64,000 nt of DNA from Eledone cirrhosa (Eukaryota). Positions 1 to 10,590 of the stretch are shown here, in pieces (position 1 is the stretch's first letter; each line of letters starts with the position of its first letter). The stretch lies in the NCBI GenBank assembly GCA_964016885.1, contig OZ024741.1, positions 199,826,001-199,890,000 of the forward strand. The letters are read 5' to 3'. The notes below the pieces were generated by a model. It was not told the origin of the DNA. It did not search any database and worked only from the letters and a program-made list of their open reading frames with translations. Position numbers and translations under genes: made by a program.

Positions 1-794
1 ATGGTCTGGTTTTTAAATTCTCAAGAATAGAGATAATTTTGATATTTGAAATGTTTTAAGTGTCAATTACAGTATAGTTTTTGTTTTACAATTCCATTAA
101 AAATGATTTTTTACCAATTCCCAACCATTTTGAAGGCCATATTCATTCAAAACATATCAAAACAATAGAAAATAATAATTTCCTGACAAAAGTGAAACCG
201 GTGTAATATTCACTTTTAAAGTGAAAATGTTGTAATATTTACCACCAAAACGAAAATATTTTAGCACCTTGTTTATATAGAAGTCGGGGAAAAATCTGAC
301 AAATTTTTACATCAAATATAAGCTGAACCCCGCTTTTACTATCGAGTTTTGGGCACATATTTCTCAGCTTATACATGAGTATACATAGTATACTCATGTA
401 TAAATAAGTACTACAAAAGATGGGGTTAACCCTATGATGGACTGACACCCAGTCTTTGTGGAGCCTTGTAAGCTCAGTCACTTAACACTGATGAAATTGG
501 GGTAAGCACCGTCCTGATGCACTTCTGGGCTTGGGGAAAAAGAAAAAGTTACTGTCCAATAGTATTTGGTTAAAATCTTGCATTCAGAGTTAAAATCTAC
601 AACTGATAAATACTAAAAGTTAAGAGTGCAAGGAGCAAACAATAGCTAAAAATATGCTCTTTGAGGAAACAGTTATGAATGACCCAAATCTTGATTTATT
701 TATTCAATTCAAGGTAAAGAATTTTGAGTAAAATTTTCTATTCATTGTTAAATTAACTAAGACAAAAAGAATTTATCTATAATAAACAGCAATA

Positions 795-3700
795 ACACTA
801 ACCATGTTAGGGCTGCGCACAGTAGTGGGGTGGCTGGTGTGGTCATGTGCAAGAACCCCCCGACCATCATCAAGCAATCGCACAACAACAACAGGAATAT
901 GAAGGCGTCAAATCTCAGAGTTGCCACACTTAATGTTGGCACTCTAACAGGTAGTTCTGGTGAGATAGTGGAGATGCTAGAGAGAAAACATGTGGATGTG
1001 TGCTGCGTGCAAGAGGTGAGATGGAGAGGTGCCTCTGCAAGACTAATCTTAGTGATAAGCTTTTCTGGGTAGGTAATGATGATGGGTTAGGTGGGAGAGA
1101 CATTTTACTGGCTGAGAGATGGATCAATAAGACAATAGAGCTAGTTAGAGTCAGTAATAGAATAATTAAGATTAGATTAGTTGTAGGCAAGAGACTGCTC
1201 ACAATGATCTCTACCTATGTCCCCGGCAGGCCTGGGTAAAGAAGAGAAAGACTGCTTTTACGAGCAACTTTTAGAAACAGCCACAATGACAGAGGACAGA
1301 GACATCGTTATGCTAGCAGGAGACTTCAATGGTCATGTTGGACAGCTCCAGGATGGATACACTGGGGTACATGATGGGCACGGTTATGGCTCAAGAAACG
1401 AAGAAGGAGTGAGGCTTCTTGAATTTTGTGCTGCACTAACCATTTGCAACACCAACTTCCAGAAACCTGCCAACCACCTAATAACCTACAAATCAGGCGA
1501 GCACATAAACCAGATTGACTTCTTGCTAGTTAGGTAGCGAGACAGACAGATGGTATCAAATACTAAGGCATACCCCAGAGAAGAACGTACACTACAGCAT
1601 AGGTTAGTCGTTAGTGACATCTCAATAAGCAAGAGACAAAATGAGACATACAGGAAGGTGTGGAAAAGGAAGGTCTGGAAGCTAAAGGACCTTTCACTAT
1701 AATATAAATTTAGGAAAGATGTGTATGACGAGAAAGAAGACGATTTAGAATCATATGACATACATGATAACTGGAATTTCTTATGACAACTTACTGCAGG
1801 CTACTGAAGGAACTTGTGGCTGGAGCAGAGCTCTGACCAGACAGAGAGTGACCTGGTGGTGGACCAGCACGGTAGATAGGGCCATTAGAGACAAAATGTC
1901 CTGCGACGAGAAGATCAGAGACATGTGGTGTTCCGCATTGCAAGGCAGTGTGTTAGTGTAAATCAGGATATTGTTGGAGATAAATGTGACCGAAATGAAG
2001 CTGGTGTACTTAGTGTCACTAATGATCAGAAAAAGGAGGCCTGGAAATGTCATTACCAGAGACTGATGAATGTGGAGAACGAATGGGAGAGAGAGAAACT
2101 ACCCCCATTAGACCTGACAGAGGGACCAGCTATTGAAATTGACGAATATAGGATCCAAGAGGTAATTAAGGAAATGGAAAATGGTAAGGACACTGAACAG
2201 TTGGGGATAGTTGCTGAGATGCTGAAGGCGTCAGAAGTAGGTACTAAACTGGTTGCATGCATCGTCAATCAAACAATATATGGCAGAGTCACACCCAAAG
2301 ACTGGTGCAGCAGTATTCTCATAAACTGCTACAAAGGTAAAGGGGATACTCTGGAGAGGAGCAGTTATAGAGGCATAAAACTGATGGATCAAGTTATGAA
2401 AGTGGCAGAAAGAATATTTGCACAACTAATTAGAGAAAGGGTCAAACTAGATGAGATGCAGTTTGGTTTTGTGCCTGGCAAAAGTACAACAGATGTCATC
2501 TTAGTGAGATAACTACAAGAGAGGTTCTTAGAGAAGAATAAGCCACTATACTTAGCTTTTGTTGACCTAGAGGCCTTTGATAGGGTACCCCAATCTGTCA
2601 TCTGGTGGTCCCTAAGGAAGCTGGGTGTTGAGGAATGGCTTGTGAGGACGATGCAAGCTATGTACACATGTGCTGTCAGTAAAGTGAGTGTAGGCATGGA
2701 GTTTAGTGAGGAATTCCAGATACAAGTAGGAGTACATCAGGGTCAGGCCTCAGCCCGTTCTTATTCATTATAGTCCTCCAAGCCATAACAGAGGAGTTTA
2801 AGACTGGCTGTCCATGGGAACTGCTCTATACTGGCGATCTGGTACTTATAGCAGAATCAGTAGAGGAGCTAGAGAATAAATTCTGGCTATGGAAACAGCA
2901 GTTGGAATCAAGAGGACTGAGTGAACCTAGCTAAGACATAAGTTGATGAGTAGAAAAGAGGACAAAACTCTGATTCCATCAGGGAAATGGCCATGTTTGA
3001 TATGTAGAAAAGGAGCTGGCATAAATTCTATAAAATGTACACAATGCAGATCTTGGGTACACAAGAGATGTAGTGGGATAGCAGGCAAAATAACAGGTAG
3101 GGAAAACTATGTATGCAGTAGATGTACAGGGAAATTTGACAGTAGAAGTCGCATTGATAGACACATTTTTCAAATGCAGGTAGGTTCTATAGAAGTGGTT
3201 GATAGTTTCCAGTACCTAGGTGATCAGATTAGCTTTGGAGAGGGATGTTCCGAGTCCATAGTATCTAAAATAATGACGGGTTGGAAGAAGTTTAGGGAGC
3301 TGCTTCCTCTGTTGACAAAGAAGGGTTTCTCCCTGCATACGAAAGGCCAGTTATATGATGCCTGTGTGAGATGCGCGATGCTGCATGGTAGTGAGACATG
3401 GACAGCAACTGCAGAGGATATGCAACGGCTGGAGAGAAATGAAGCAAGCATGTTCCGTTGGATGTGCAATGTCAATGTGCGTGAACGACCGAGCATAGAC
3501 GAGTTGAGAAAGAAACTGGGTATAAGAGGGATAAGTTATGGTGTGCAGGAGAGAAGACTAAGATGGTATGGACATGTGATGCACATGGAGGATGACCGCT
3601 AGGTAAAGAAGTGGCAAGAAATCCCAGTAGAAGGAAGACACAGTAGAAGAAGACCGCAAAAGACATGGGTGGAGGTGGTGAGAGCGGACCTCACATCGCT

Positions 3701-3810
3701 GAAGCTCACGGAGGAGATAATGAAGGACCGTGACAAGTGGAGATATGCTGAATAGGACCCGTCCCACCCTTGCAAGCAGGGAAAAGTGGACGTAAAATGA
3801 TGATGATGAT
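795..3810 (+). mobile_element. RTE-clade LINE, near full length, decayed (APE endonuclease, RT, internal PHD-like Zn finger, (TGA)n tail)
   Basis: ORF fragments LRVATLNVGTL, VCCVQEVRW, AGDFNGHVG, QIDFLL, YRGIKLMDQVMKV, MQFGFVPGKST, WPCLICRKG...CSRC, AMLHGSETW, RRLRWYGHV. Many frameshifts and stops; ends ...gtaaaatgatgatgatgat. Confidence 0.93.
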
Positions 3811-3825
3811 AAACAATATTCATAC

Positions 3826-3901
3826 CTGTGAAATATAATCCTTCAGGTGTAAAAGTACCTTCATCAGATTCCATCACTAAACTGTAATTTCTGATGTTAC
3901 T
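3826..3901 (-). CDS. CPQ: Carboxypeptidase Q coding exon (76 nt, phase 0-1); last exon visible in the window
   Basis: ttttatag|AGT...ACAG|gtatga. SNIRNYSLVMESDEGTFTPEGLYFT(G); NYSLVMESDxGTFxPxGL motif. The remaining C-terminal exons were not found in 1-3825. Confidence 0.95.
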
Positions 3902-4890
3902 CTATAAAAGGCACACAGTAATAACTCAGTAGTGTTATAAATATGACACATATACCCACCAGCCCACACACAAATCAAATATATTTGGAAAAAACAATTT
4001 GAAAATAAAAAATTAGAATTTATTAAAAATCAGTAACATTTTGAAAAAAATTTAACCATAATAATAGGCTACATGTGTGTATGTGTGTGTGTGTATATAT
4101 ATGTCAGCAACTCTAAAATTTACACATGCAAATATATAATGCATTTCCTATATCAGTTAGGTTGCCACAATACAAAGTTCAATTTCCAATCACAATGTGC
4201 TGGATTCCAATCCTACATTTGTCCTTGTAAATAGTTATTTCCTCAAAGTTACACATACATTTAATCCTATACACCATTTGTACATACATACTGAAATGTT
4301 ATGTTATTATATCCTAGAAATAAATTTATATTATCCTTATCTTTAATCACTTCCATGTATCAACATAAACTATGTGGTTTCTCTTATACAAGCCATTAAT
4401 TTATCAAAACACAAATTTCCCATTTGCATGATTGTTCATATATCTACTATTGCTGTCATTATTGATGGCACTAGTTCACTAATAAATCATAAGAAATGTG
4501 TGAACTATGTTTGCTAGTATTTTTTAGTGCGTGTGTATGTGTATGTGCATGCATATATACATGCATGTGTGTGTGCCAGGCTTGGTAACATGATTTTTAT
4601 TATGCAAAAGACTATCCAATGTATAATTGGTCTTTGAAAAGCATGGCCAATCTTTTTATATAAATGCTCTTAGCTGAGAAAGTCAGTATTCTTGCAATTA
4701 ACCATTTATTTATTTTATGAATGAATCTCAAGTGCAAATTGTAAAAGATATTTATCTCATCTGCTTGTGTTTCTGTTATTGTTGATGCATGTTCTTAATA
4801 ACACTTAATGGCAGTATTTGTGCAGTAATATTTCTATCTGACTTGAAGCAGTAAGTGAAAACTTAGAATTACTATCATACACCCACTCAT

Positions 4891-5196
4891 CTATATATAT
4901 GAAACTGAGGATGTCTGTCTGTGTGTGGGTGTGTGAGTTCGAATCCCTAAAACTTGAGAACCACCCAACCAACTATTTTCAAACTTTACACATGTAATAC
5001 TTATGTTTCAGGGAGTATTCTGAGCAAAAGAAATTTCCAATTTTCTATGCCCCAGGGACCACATTAGGCGATTTAGCGATCTCGCTCTATAATTCTTAGT
5101 CTTTCTCTTTTTAGATAGATACATACTTATAACGTCACGCCCTTATGATATCTGTCTGTATGTCTGACTGTCTGCATTAGGTCACTTCCTTGAGGA

Positions 5197-5240
<44 letters not shown>

Positions 5241-5640
5241 TGTGTTTGAATCCTTAAAACTCGAGAAGTACCCAACCGTTTTTTTTCAAACTTTAAATGT
5301 GTATTACTTGTTTCAGGGAGTGTTATGCACATAAAAAAATTCAACTTTTTGTATCTCCTAGGGCCCACATTAGGTGATAAACTGCATTGTTTAACATTTT
5401 TAGGTGTTTTTTGAGGCGTTATGTCAGACCGATTTCCTTGAAATTGTAACTATGTATTAGTCAGTCTCTTCTTCATACCGTAAGCAAAGAAAATCCAACT
5501 TTCTTATGGCCTAGGGCCCGCATTAGGTGAAAAACTTCATTTTTTCAGCTTCTTAGGGCTTTTTGGAGGCGTTACGTCTAGCCGATTTTCCCGAAATTTC
5601 AAGGGATACAGAATAAAAAAAAAAAAAGGACTGTGCATAC
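4891..5640 (+). mobile_element. Non-autonomous Helitron-like repeat (5' part)
   Basis: Starts a|TCtatatatatgaaactgagg...tgtctgtctg. Internal repeated gggaccacattagg/gggcccgcattagg motifs are shared with 23300-25745. 3' end not located. Confidence 0.55.
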
Positions 5641-5869
5641 TTTTAAGCGATCAAGAAAGTGATTCATGTATTCTTCATATTTCAAATATAAAAAAAGAAA
5701 CTGTTTATATTTCTCATTCATTTCTTTACACATGAACACCTACACTCATACAAGGATAACAGAAGATGGTCTGCAGAGAATTAAAAGATGTTTTTACCAA
5801 ATTAATTCAAAGCATAAGATGATCCAACATACATACAATCAGTCCAGAAGAAATTGTTTCACAACATAC

Positions 5870-5914
5870 CTTGTGCCTCTCAAAATACTGGCTTGAGCCG
5901 AACATACCTTCCTC
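5870..5914 (-). CDS. CPQ: Carboxypeptidase Q coding micro-exon (45 nt, phase 0-0)
   Basis: atttag|GAG...AAG|gtatgt. EEGMFGSSQYFERHK; completes WTGEEEG and aligns with CPQ EEQGGVGAFQYYQLHK. Confidence 0.92.
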
Positions 5915-6240
5915 CTAAATTAAATATTAAAATTCAAGATAGAACAAAATGGTTTTGTAAATATTGTTCAATGTACCTCAGACAATAATTGAAATAGCAT
6001 TTAATACTTACAGCAATAGATTTGGTATATATGGGCAATTTTTTCCATGAATTGTCTTATTTTACATATACATACCCAATTTTCTCAGCTATTATTTGTA
6101 GCAGTCAATTGTATTTACAGTTATTTTCTACATTTTCTATGAAATTCATTGCTTTGAAAGTCCAATACTTTGCATTCAAAGTTGTTTACATTCAAAAGAT
6201 GTTCAATTTAGCTTTCTAATGTACATGAGGATATTTGTCA

Positions 6241-6320
6241 GGGGCCATTTAGCTCACTAGTTAGAGCAGTCAGCTAATATCTGAAAGATATGTATTTTGA
6301 TTCCTTGTAGTGGTTGCTGG
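6241..6320 (+). repeat. Degenerate tRNA-derived head between two diverged ~85-bp direct repeats (about 6072-6155 and 6348-6432)
   Basis: ggggccatttagctcactagttagagca is an A-box-like tRNA 5' half with a damaged B box. Both repeats start atacccaattttct. Confidence 0.5.
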
Positions 6321-7063
6321 CCACTTTTTTTCTGTCTATAGGGTATTATACCCAATTTTCTAAGTTATTATTTATAGCAACTAACTGTATTTAAAATGAT
6401 TTTCTGCATCTGAGTTTCTATGAACTTAATAACTTCTCATCACCTCTAAAGTTCTATATTTTATCATCATCATCATCCTGATCATTGTTTGTCTGCTTTC
6501 CATGCTAGTGGGGGTTGGATGGGTCTACATAGATCAAGTCAGTACTGAAGGGGGCTACTGTTGGTGATCAACATTATAAATGCACCCAATACCTTTGTAA
6601 AGTGGTTGGTGATATAAAAGGCATCCATTCATAGAAAATCTGCCAGCTTCCCTAGTGCTAGTGCCATGATAAAATGCACTTGATGCACTCTGTACAGTAT
6701 GGGCACATATGTAAGGGAGACGCGGGCCCCCAGTCTGTCTGAGATGTCAATAGCTCCAATTCAGTAATGACTTAGTTGGCGATAATGCATCCAACCCTTG
6801 CAAGCAGGGAAAACAGATGTTAAACTGTGTGTATCTTGGTTTCAAGAATAGACACACTATATCCCTGCATATCATAAGAGACGACTAATAAAGGTTGGCA
6901 TCATGAAGGGCATCCAGTTATAAAACATTATCTCAAACCATCCCACTTATGCCAGCATAGGTAAGTGGTCATAAAAAAGAGGATGATGAATATATATATA
7001 TATATATATCTCCTTATATATATATATATAAATATATATATATAAGGAGATACATGATGATGA

Positions 7064-7280
7064 TTAACTCTTTAGCATTTAAACTGGCCGTATGTGGCCA
7101 GAATTCTCTCACCACTTCCTGTTAAAACTGGCTGTAACTAGCTGTTCATACTCATGTTAAGGTATTGTTCTCAAAAAAAATAATATCAAAATCTCATGGA
7201 TTCGATATTATGTGAGATAGAGAGTTTACCATGAAAATACAATATAAATACAATATAAATATAGAGTAATGTAAATAAAG
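7064..7280. mobile_element. TTAA-flanked MITE copy (family of 40049-40268), 3' end decayed
   Basis: Same internal sequence (aaactggcc...ccagaattctc...tattgttctcaaaa...tgtgagata) as 7723-7945 and 40049-40268. Confidence 0.7.
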
Positions 7281-7415
7281 CATGTAAAAATGATAATTTT
7301 TCCTGAGCTTGGTACATAAAACTAAATAGTATTATAGCTATTATACTCTAATTAATATAACAATATAGTTTGTTATTTTTGGTATAAGTGAAAACAATTA
7401 AATTAATCTACCTAC

Positions 7416-7487
7416 CTCACCTGTCCATAAGACAGCTCGAACAGTTCTTTTAGGTCGAAGATTCAACTCATGGAGAATAGTTAGAGC
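7416..7487 (-). CDS. CPQ: Carboxypeptidase Q coding exon (72 nt, phase 0-0)
   Basis: ctttctag|GCT...GAG|gtaggt. ALTILHELNLRPKRTVRAVLWTGE; ends on the first Glu of the catalytic EE pair. Confidence 0.95.
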
Positions 7488-7722
7488 CTAGAAAGTAATA
7501 TATAAACCATAATAATATAACGTGTGTGTGTGTGTGTGTGTGTGTTTTGAATTTGTAAGTTAGAAACATCAATGTTGTTTGATTATGAAAAATAATTTAA
7601 GTTGGGCACAAAACAAACCTTGGAGATGGAAAAAATATGTACAACATCGCTCAGGGTTTGTATGCATAACTTATACTATTTTACATAGTCAAACAATGTT
7701 GATGCATCTAACTTTCAAATTT

Positions 7723-7945
7723 TAATCCTATAGCATTTAAACCGGCCATATCCAGCCAGAACTCTCTCCCCTCTTTCTGTTCAAACTGGGTATATTTGGC
7801 TGCTCATAGCTACATTAAAGTATTGTTCTCAAAATAAATAATATCAAAATTTCGTAGATTCAATATCATGTGAGATAATTATGTAAGATAATTACTATGA
7901 AAATACAATACTAAATATAGAATAATGTAAATGCTAAAGAGTTAA
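7723..7945. mobile_element. TTAA-flanked MITE copy
   Basis: ttaatcctatagcattta...taaatgctaaagagttaa terminal inverted repeats. Confidence 0.75.
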
Positions 7946-8370
7946 ACTTCCTATTGCTCAATGGTTCTAAAAATAGATTATTTATATACATACACACACA
8001 CATATATTCCCCCATTTTCTATTTTTTTTATTTTCTAGCCTATTTATTTCTACTCTCTTGACAAAGGAGTAACATCCGATACATTGGACTTCTTTTCTTT
8101 CTTTCATCCAAAACGGAACCTTATAACACTAATTGTTTTTGTAACTCTGTGTTTGTCATTATTTTATATTATATAAATATATAACTATCTATATATTACT
8201 AAAACTCTGTGATTGCTTGCTTGCTTGTCTGTAATGTAATACAGCCAAAAGAGCACATGATGGGAAAATACTTTGAAAGGAAGTTGACCCTGAAATGGGA
8301 ATACAAATGGAATAAAACAAGTTTCGTGTATATCCCGAGATATGGGGTTTATCTGGGTACCTTCATAAAT

Positions 8371-8373
<3 letters not shown>

Positions 8374-8448
<75 letters not shown>
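8374..8448. repeat. (GA)n microsatellite
   Basis: Long near-perfect GA run. Confidence 0.97.
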
Positions 8449-8452
<4 letters not shown>

Positions 8453-8550
8453 GAGATAGTGGTTGTGAGAGAGTAGATTGAAAGAGAGAGAGGAGACAGA
8501 GAAAGAGAATGGAAGAGAGAGCTGGTGGTGTTGTTGTGTATATATAAATG

Positions 8551-8592
8551 TGAGTGTGTGTCTATGACCAGTGTATATAGATCACAGACACC

Positions 8593-8632
<40 letters not shown>

Positions 8633-8674
8633 GGTGTCTGTGATCTATATACACTGGTCATAGACACACACTCA
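8551..8674. repeat. Perfect 46-bp inverted repeat around a (TA)n spacer
   Basis: 8551-8596 is the exact reverse complement of 8629-8674. Confidence 0.95.
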
Positions 8675-9090
8675 TATATATATATGTATACACACACACA
8701 CACATTTATATATATACACATACGTATATGTATGGGCCTTCCAGTGTCATTTCACATTATATACATGTCTGTGTATGTTTTAATTATTCAAAAATTATTT
8801 TGAAGTGAACGTGACCCAACAGGTCAGGGGTGGTCTAGTATCTATATAAATATACATATCTATATCTATAAGTATATGTATCATATTTAATAAAGAAATG
8901 GCTTCAACAGGACTAAAGCTGTTTCATGAAATCATCAGGAATATCAGGTGGCACAGTAAGTCAAGTTTCCTAATGGTTGGGGGATGATAGTAGTGAAGAG
9001 GGCTTATTTTAGGGAGCAGATATCAAGTAGTGGATTCGAGGATGTAGGGAGGAGTTGTGGTAAAAGTGGATAATTTCAAAAGATAGGATT

Positions 9091-9167
<77 letters not shown>

Positions 9168-9301
9168 GAGGTTATATTTAATTTGTTGGGATTCAACAAG
9201 CTTAAACATTTTTTTTATAACTGATATAAAGCACTCAACAGTTTAGTCGAGTAAATATACAATATATTAACAATTGGAAACTATATTTATAAAACCATAT
9301 T

Positions 9302-9367
9302 TATTCTATTATACATATTTCAAGGGACACCAAGGCAAATTATGGTGTGCTTTCATCAGATAAAATA
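9302..9367 (-). ncRNA. Type I hammerhead ribozyme motif, sense to the CPQ pre-mRNA
   Basis: Minus strand: tattttat CTGATGA aagcacacca-taatttgcct-tggtgtccctt GAAA tatgta TA atagaata. 8-bp stem I (one G.U), bulged stem II, very short stem III, intact core. Confidence 0.75.
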
Positions 9368-9549
9368 TAATACAGATTAGTTTTATAAATAAATATTGAC
9401 ATACCCTGAAAAAAAGACAACCTTAATGGTTGGAGCTTCCTGGATAGTATATATATATATATATGTATGTGTATATATATATATATGAGTGTGTGTGAGT
9501 CCCAGACTCAATCAGGATTAACCAGAGTAAGTAAGGTACTCAATACATT

Positions 9550-9720
9550 TGTAGAGGGTATACAACAACATTTAGTATAGAAATGGCTTCTACAGGACTA
9601 GAACTGTTTCATTCAATGAAATCATTAGGAAAAGTAACTTTTCCTGATGATTTTGTTTGAATGAAACAGTTCTAGTCTTGTAGAAGCCATTTCTATATTA
9701 AATTTTGTTATATCTATACA
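9550..9720. repeat. Fold-back inverted repeat (~80-bp arms) whose arms carry a minimal hammerhead-like motif
   Basis: tatagaaatggcttctacaggactagaactgtttcattcaa...aggaaaagt / acttttcct...gaatgaaacagttctagtcttgtagaagccatttctata. A further copy of the arm lies at about 8894-8942. Confidence 0.85.
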
Positions 9721-9979
9721 TATAAAACTGTTGTTGTCTGTGTGTGTGTCCTCATTTTTGCAAAGTCTATACAAATCCACATTTCTACTCCGATTGACTT
9801 CAAACTTGCATTTATATATTCCTTGCGGTCTAAAGATACTAACTGCAGCTTTTTCTGTTGTTAAAGGGGTGTTAGGCGCCGGTTATCGATCTCCGTCGAG
9901 CCCTTATAATATCTGTCTGTATGTCTAGCTGTCTGCATAACGACATTCTGACGAACACATCATTGCTGACGTATTATCT

Positions 9980-10008
9980 TCGCTACATTCACACACACAC
10001 ACACACAC

Positions 10009-10039
<31 letters not shown>

Positions 10040-10192
10040 CATATATACATACACATATACATATATATATATATGTACATATACAAACACATATACACAT
10101 ATATAGATATACACATATATAAATATACACATAAAAATATATGTATATATATACACACACATACACACACATATATATATATATATATACAT

Positions 10193-10224
<32 letters not shown>

Positions 10225-10257
10225 GCATAAATACACACACACATATATATATATGTA

Positions 10258-10299
<42 letters not shown>

Positions 10300-10300
10300 T
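9980..10300. repeat. Compound (CA)n/(TA)n microsatellite
   Basis: Direct reading; source of several spurious YI/CV-rich ORFs. Confidence 0.97.
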
Positions 10301-10590
10301 ACATTGTAGGTTGCTTTAACCCATCTTATTATTAAAAAAACTTCTTGCCAATAAACATTAACCCTTTGTGCGCCATTCATCTAACTGTAGACCAACAAAT
10401 ACCAAGTAAATGGAGCGTTGACAAGAACGATGGCAAATGAATCTTCGAGGTAAGCAGTTTCCTCCCGAGCTGTTAGTTCACGCAGGATTCTCTGCTACAC
10501 CTTTTCGTAATAATACCGAACAACGTACTGCTGGTCACTCCTTCCTCCAAAAGCCGTACAAAGCATCTCTCTCTGTCTATATATATATAT

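Noticed and set aside
420-535. ctgatgaaa...gtcctgatg as a hammerhead
   Set aside because: No stems in the correct register. The sequence (ggggttaaccctatgatggactga...) looks like a decayed SINE body.
6241-6320. tRNA gene
   Set aside because: T-arm/B box and acceptor stem are broken; best treated as a tRNA-derived repeat head.
9921-10380. YI/CV/HT-rich ORFs here and at about 8200, 14000, 24600, 31000, 37500 and 39600
   Set aside because: Translations of (TA)n/(CA)n/(GA)n microsatellites.
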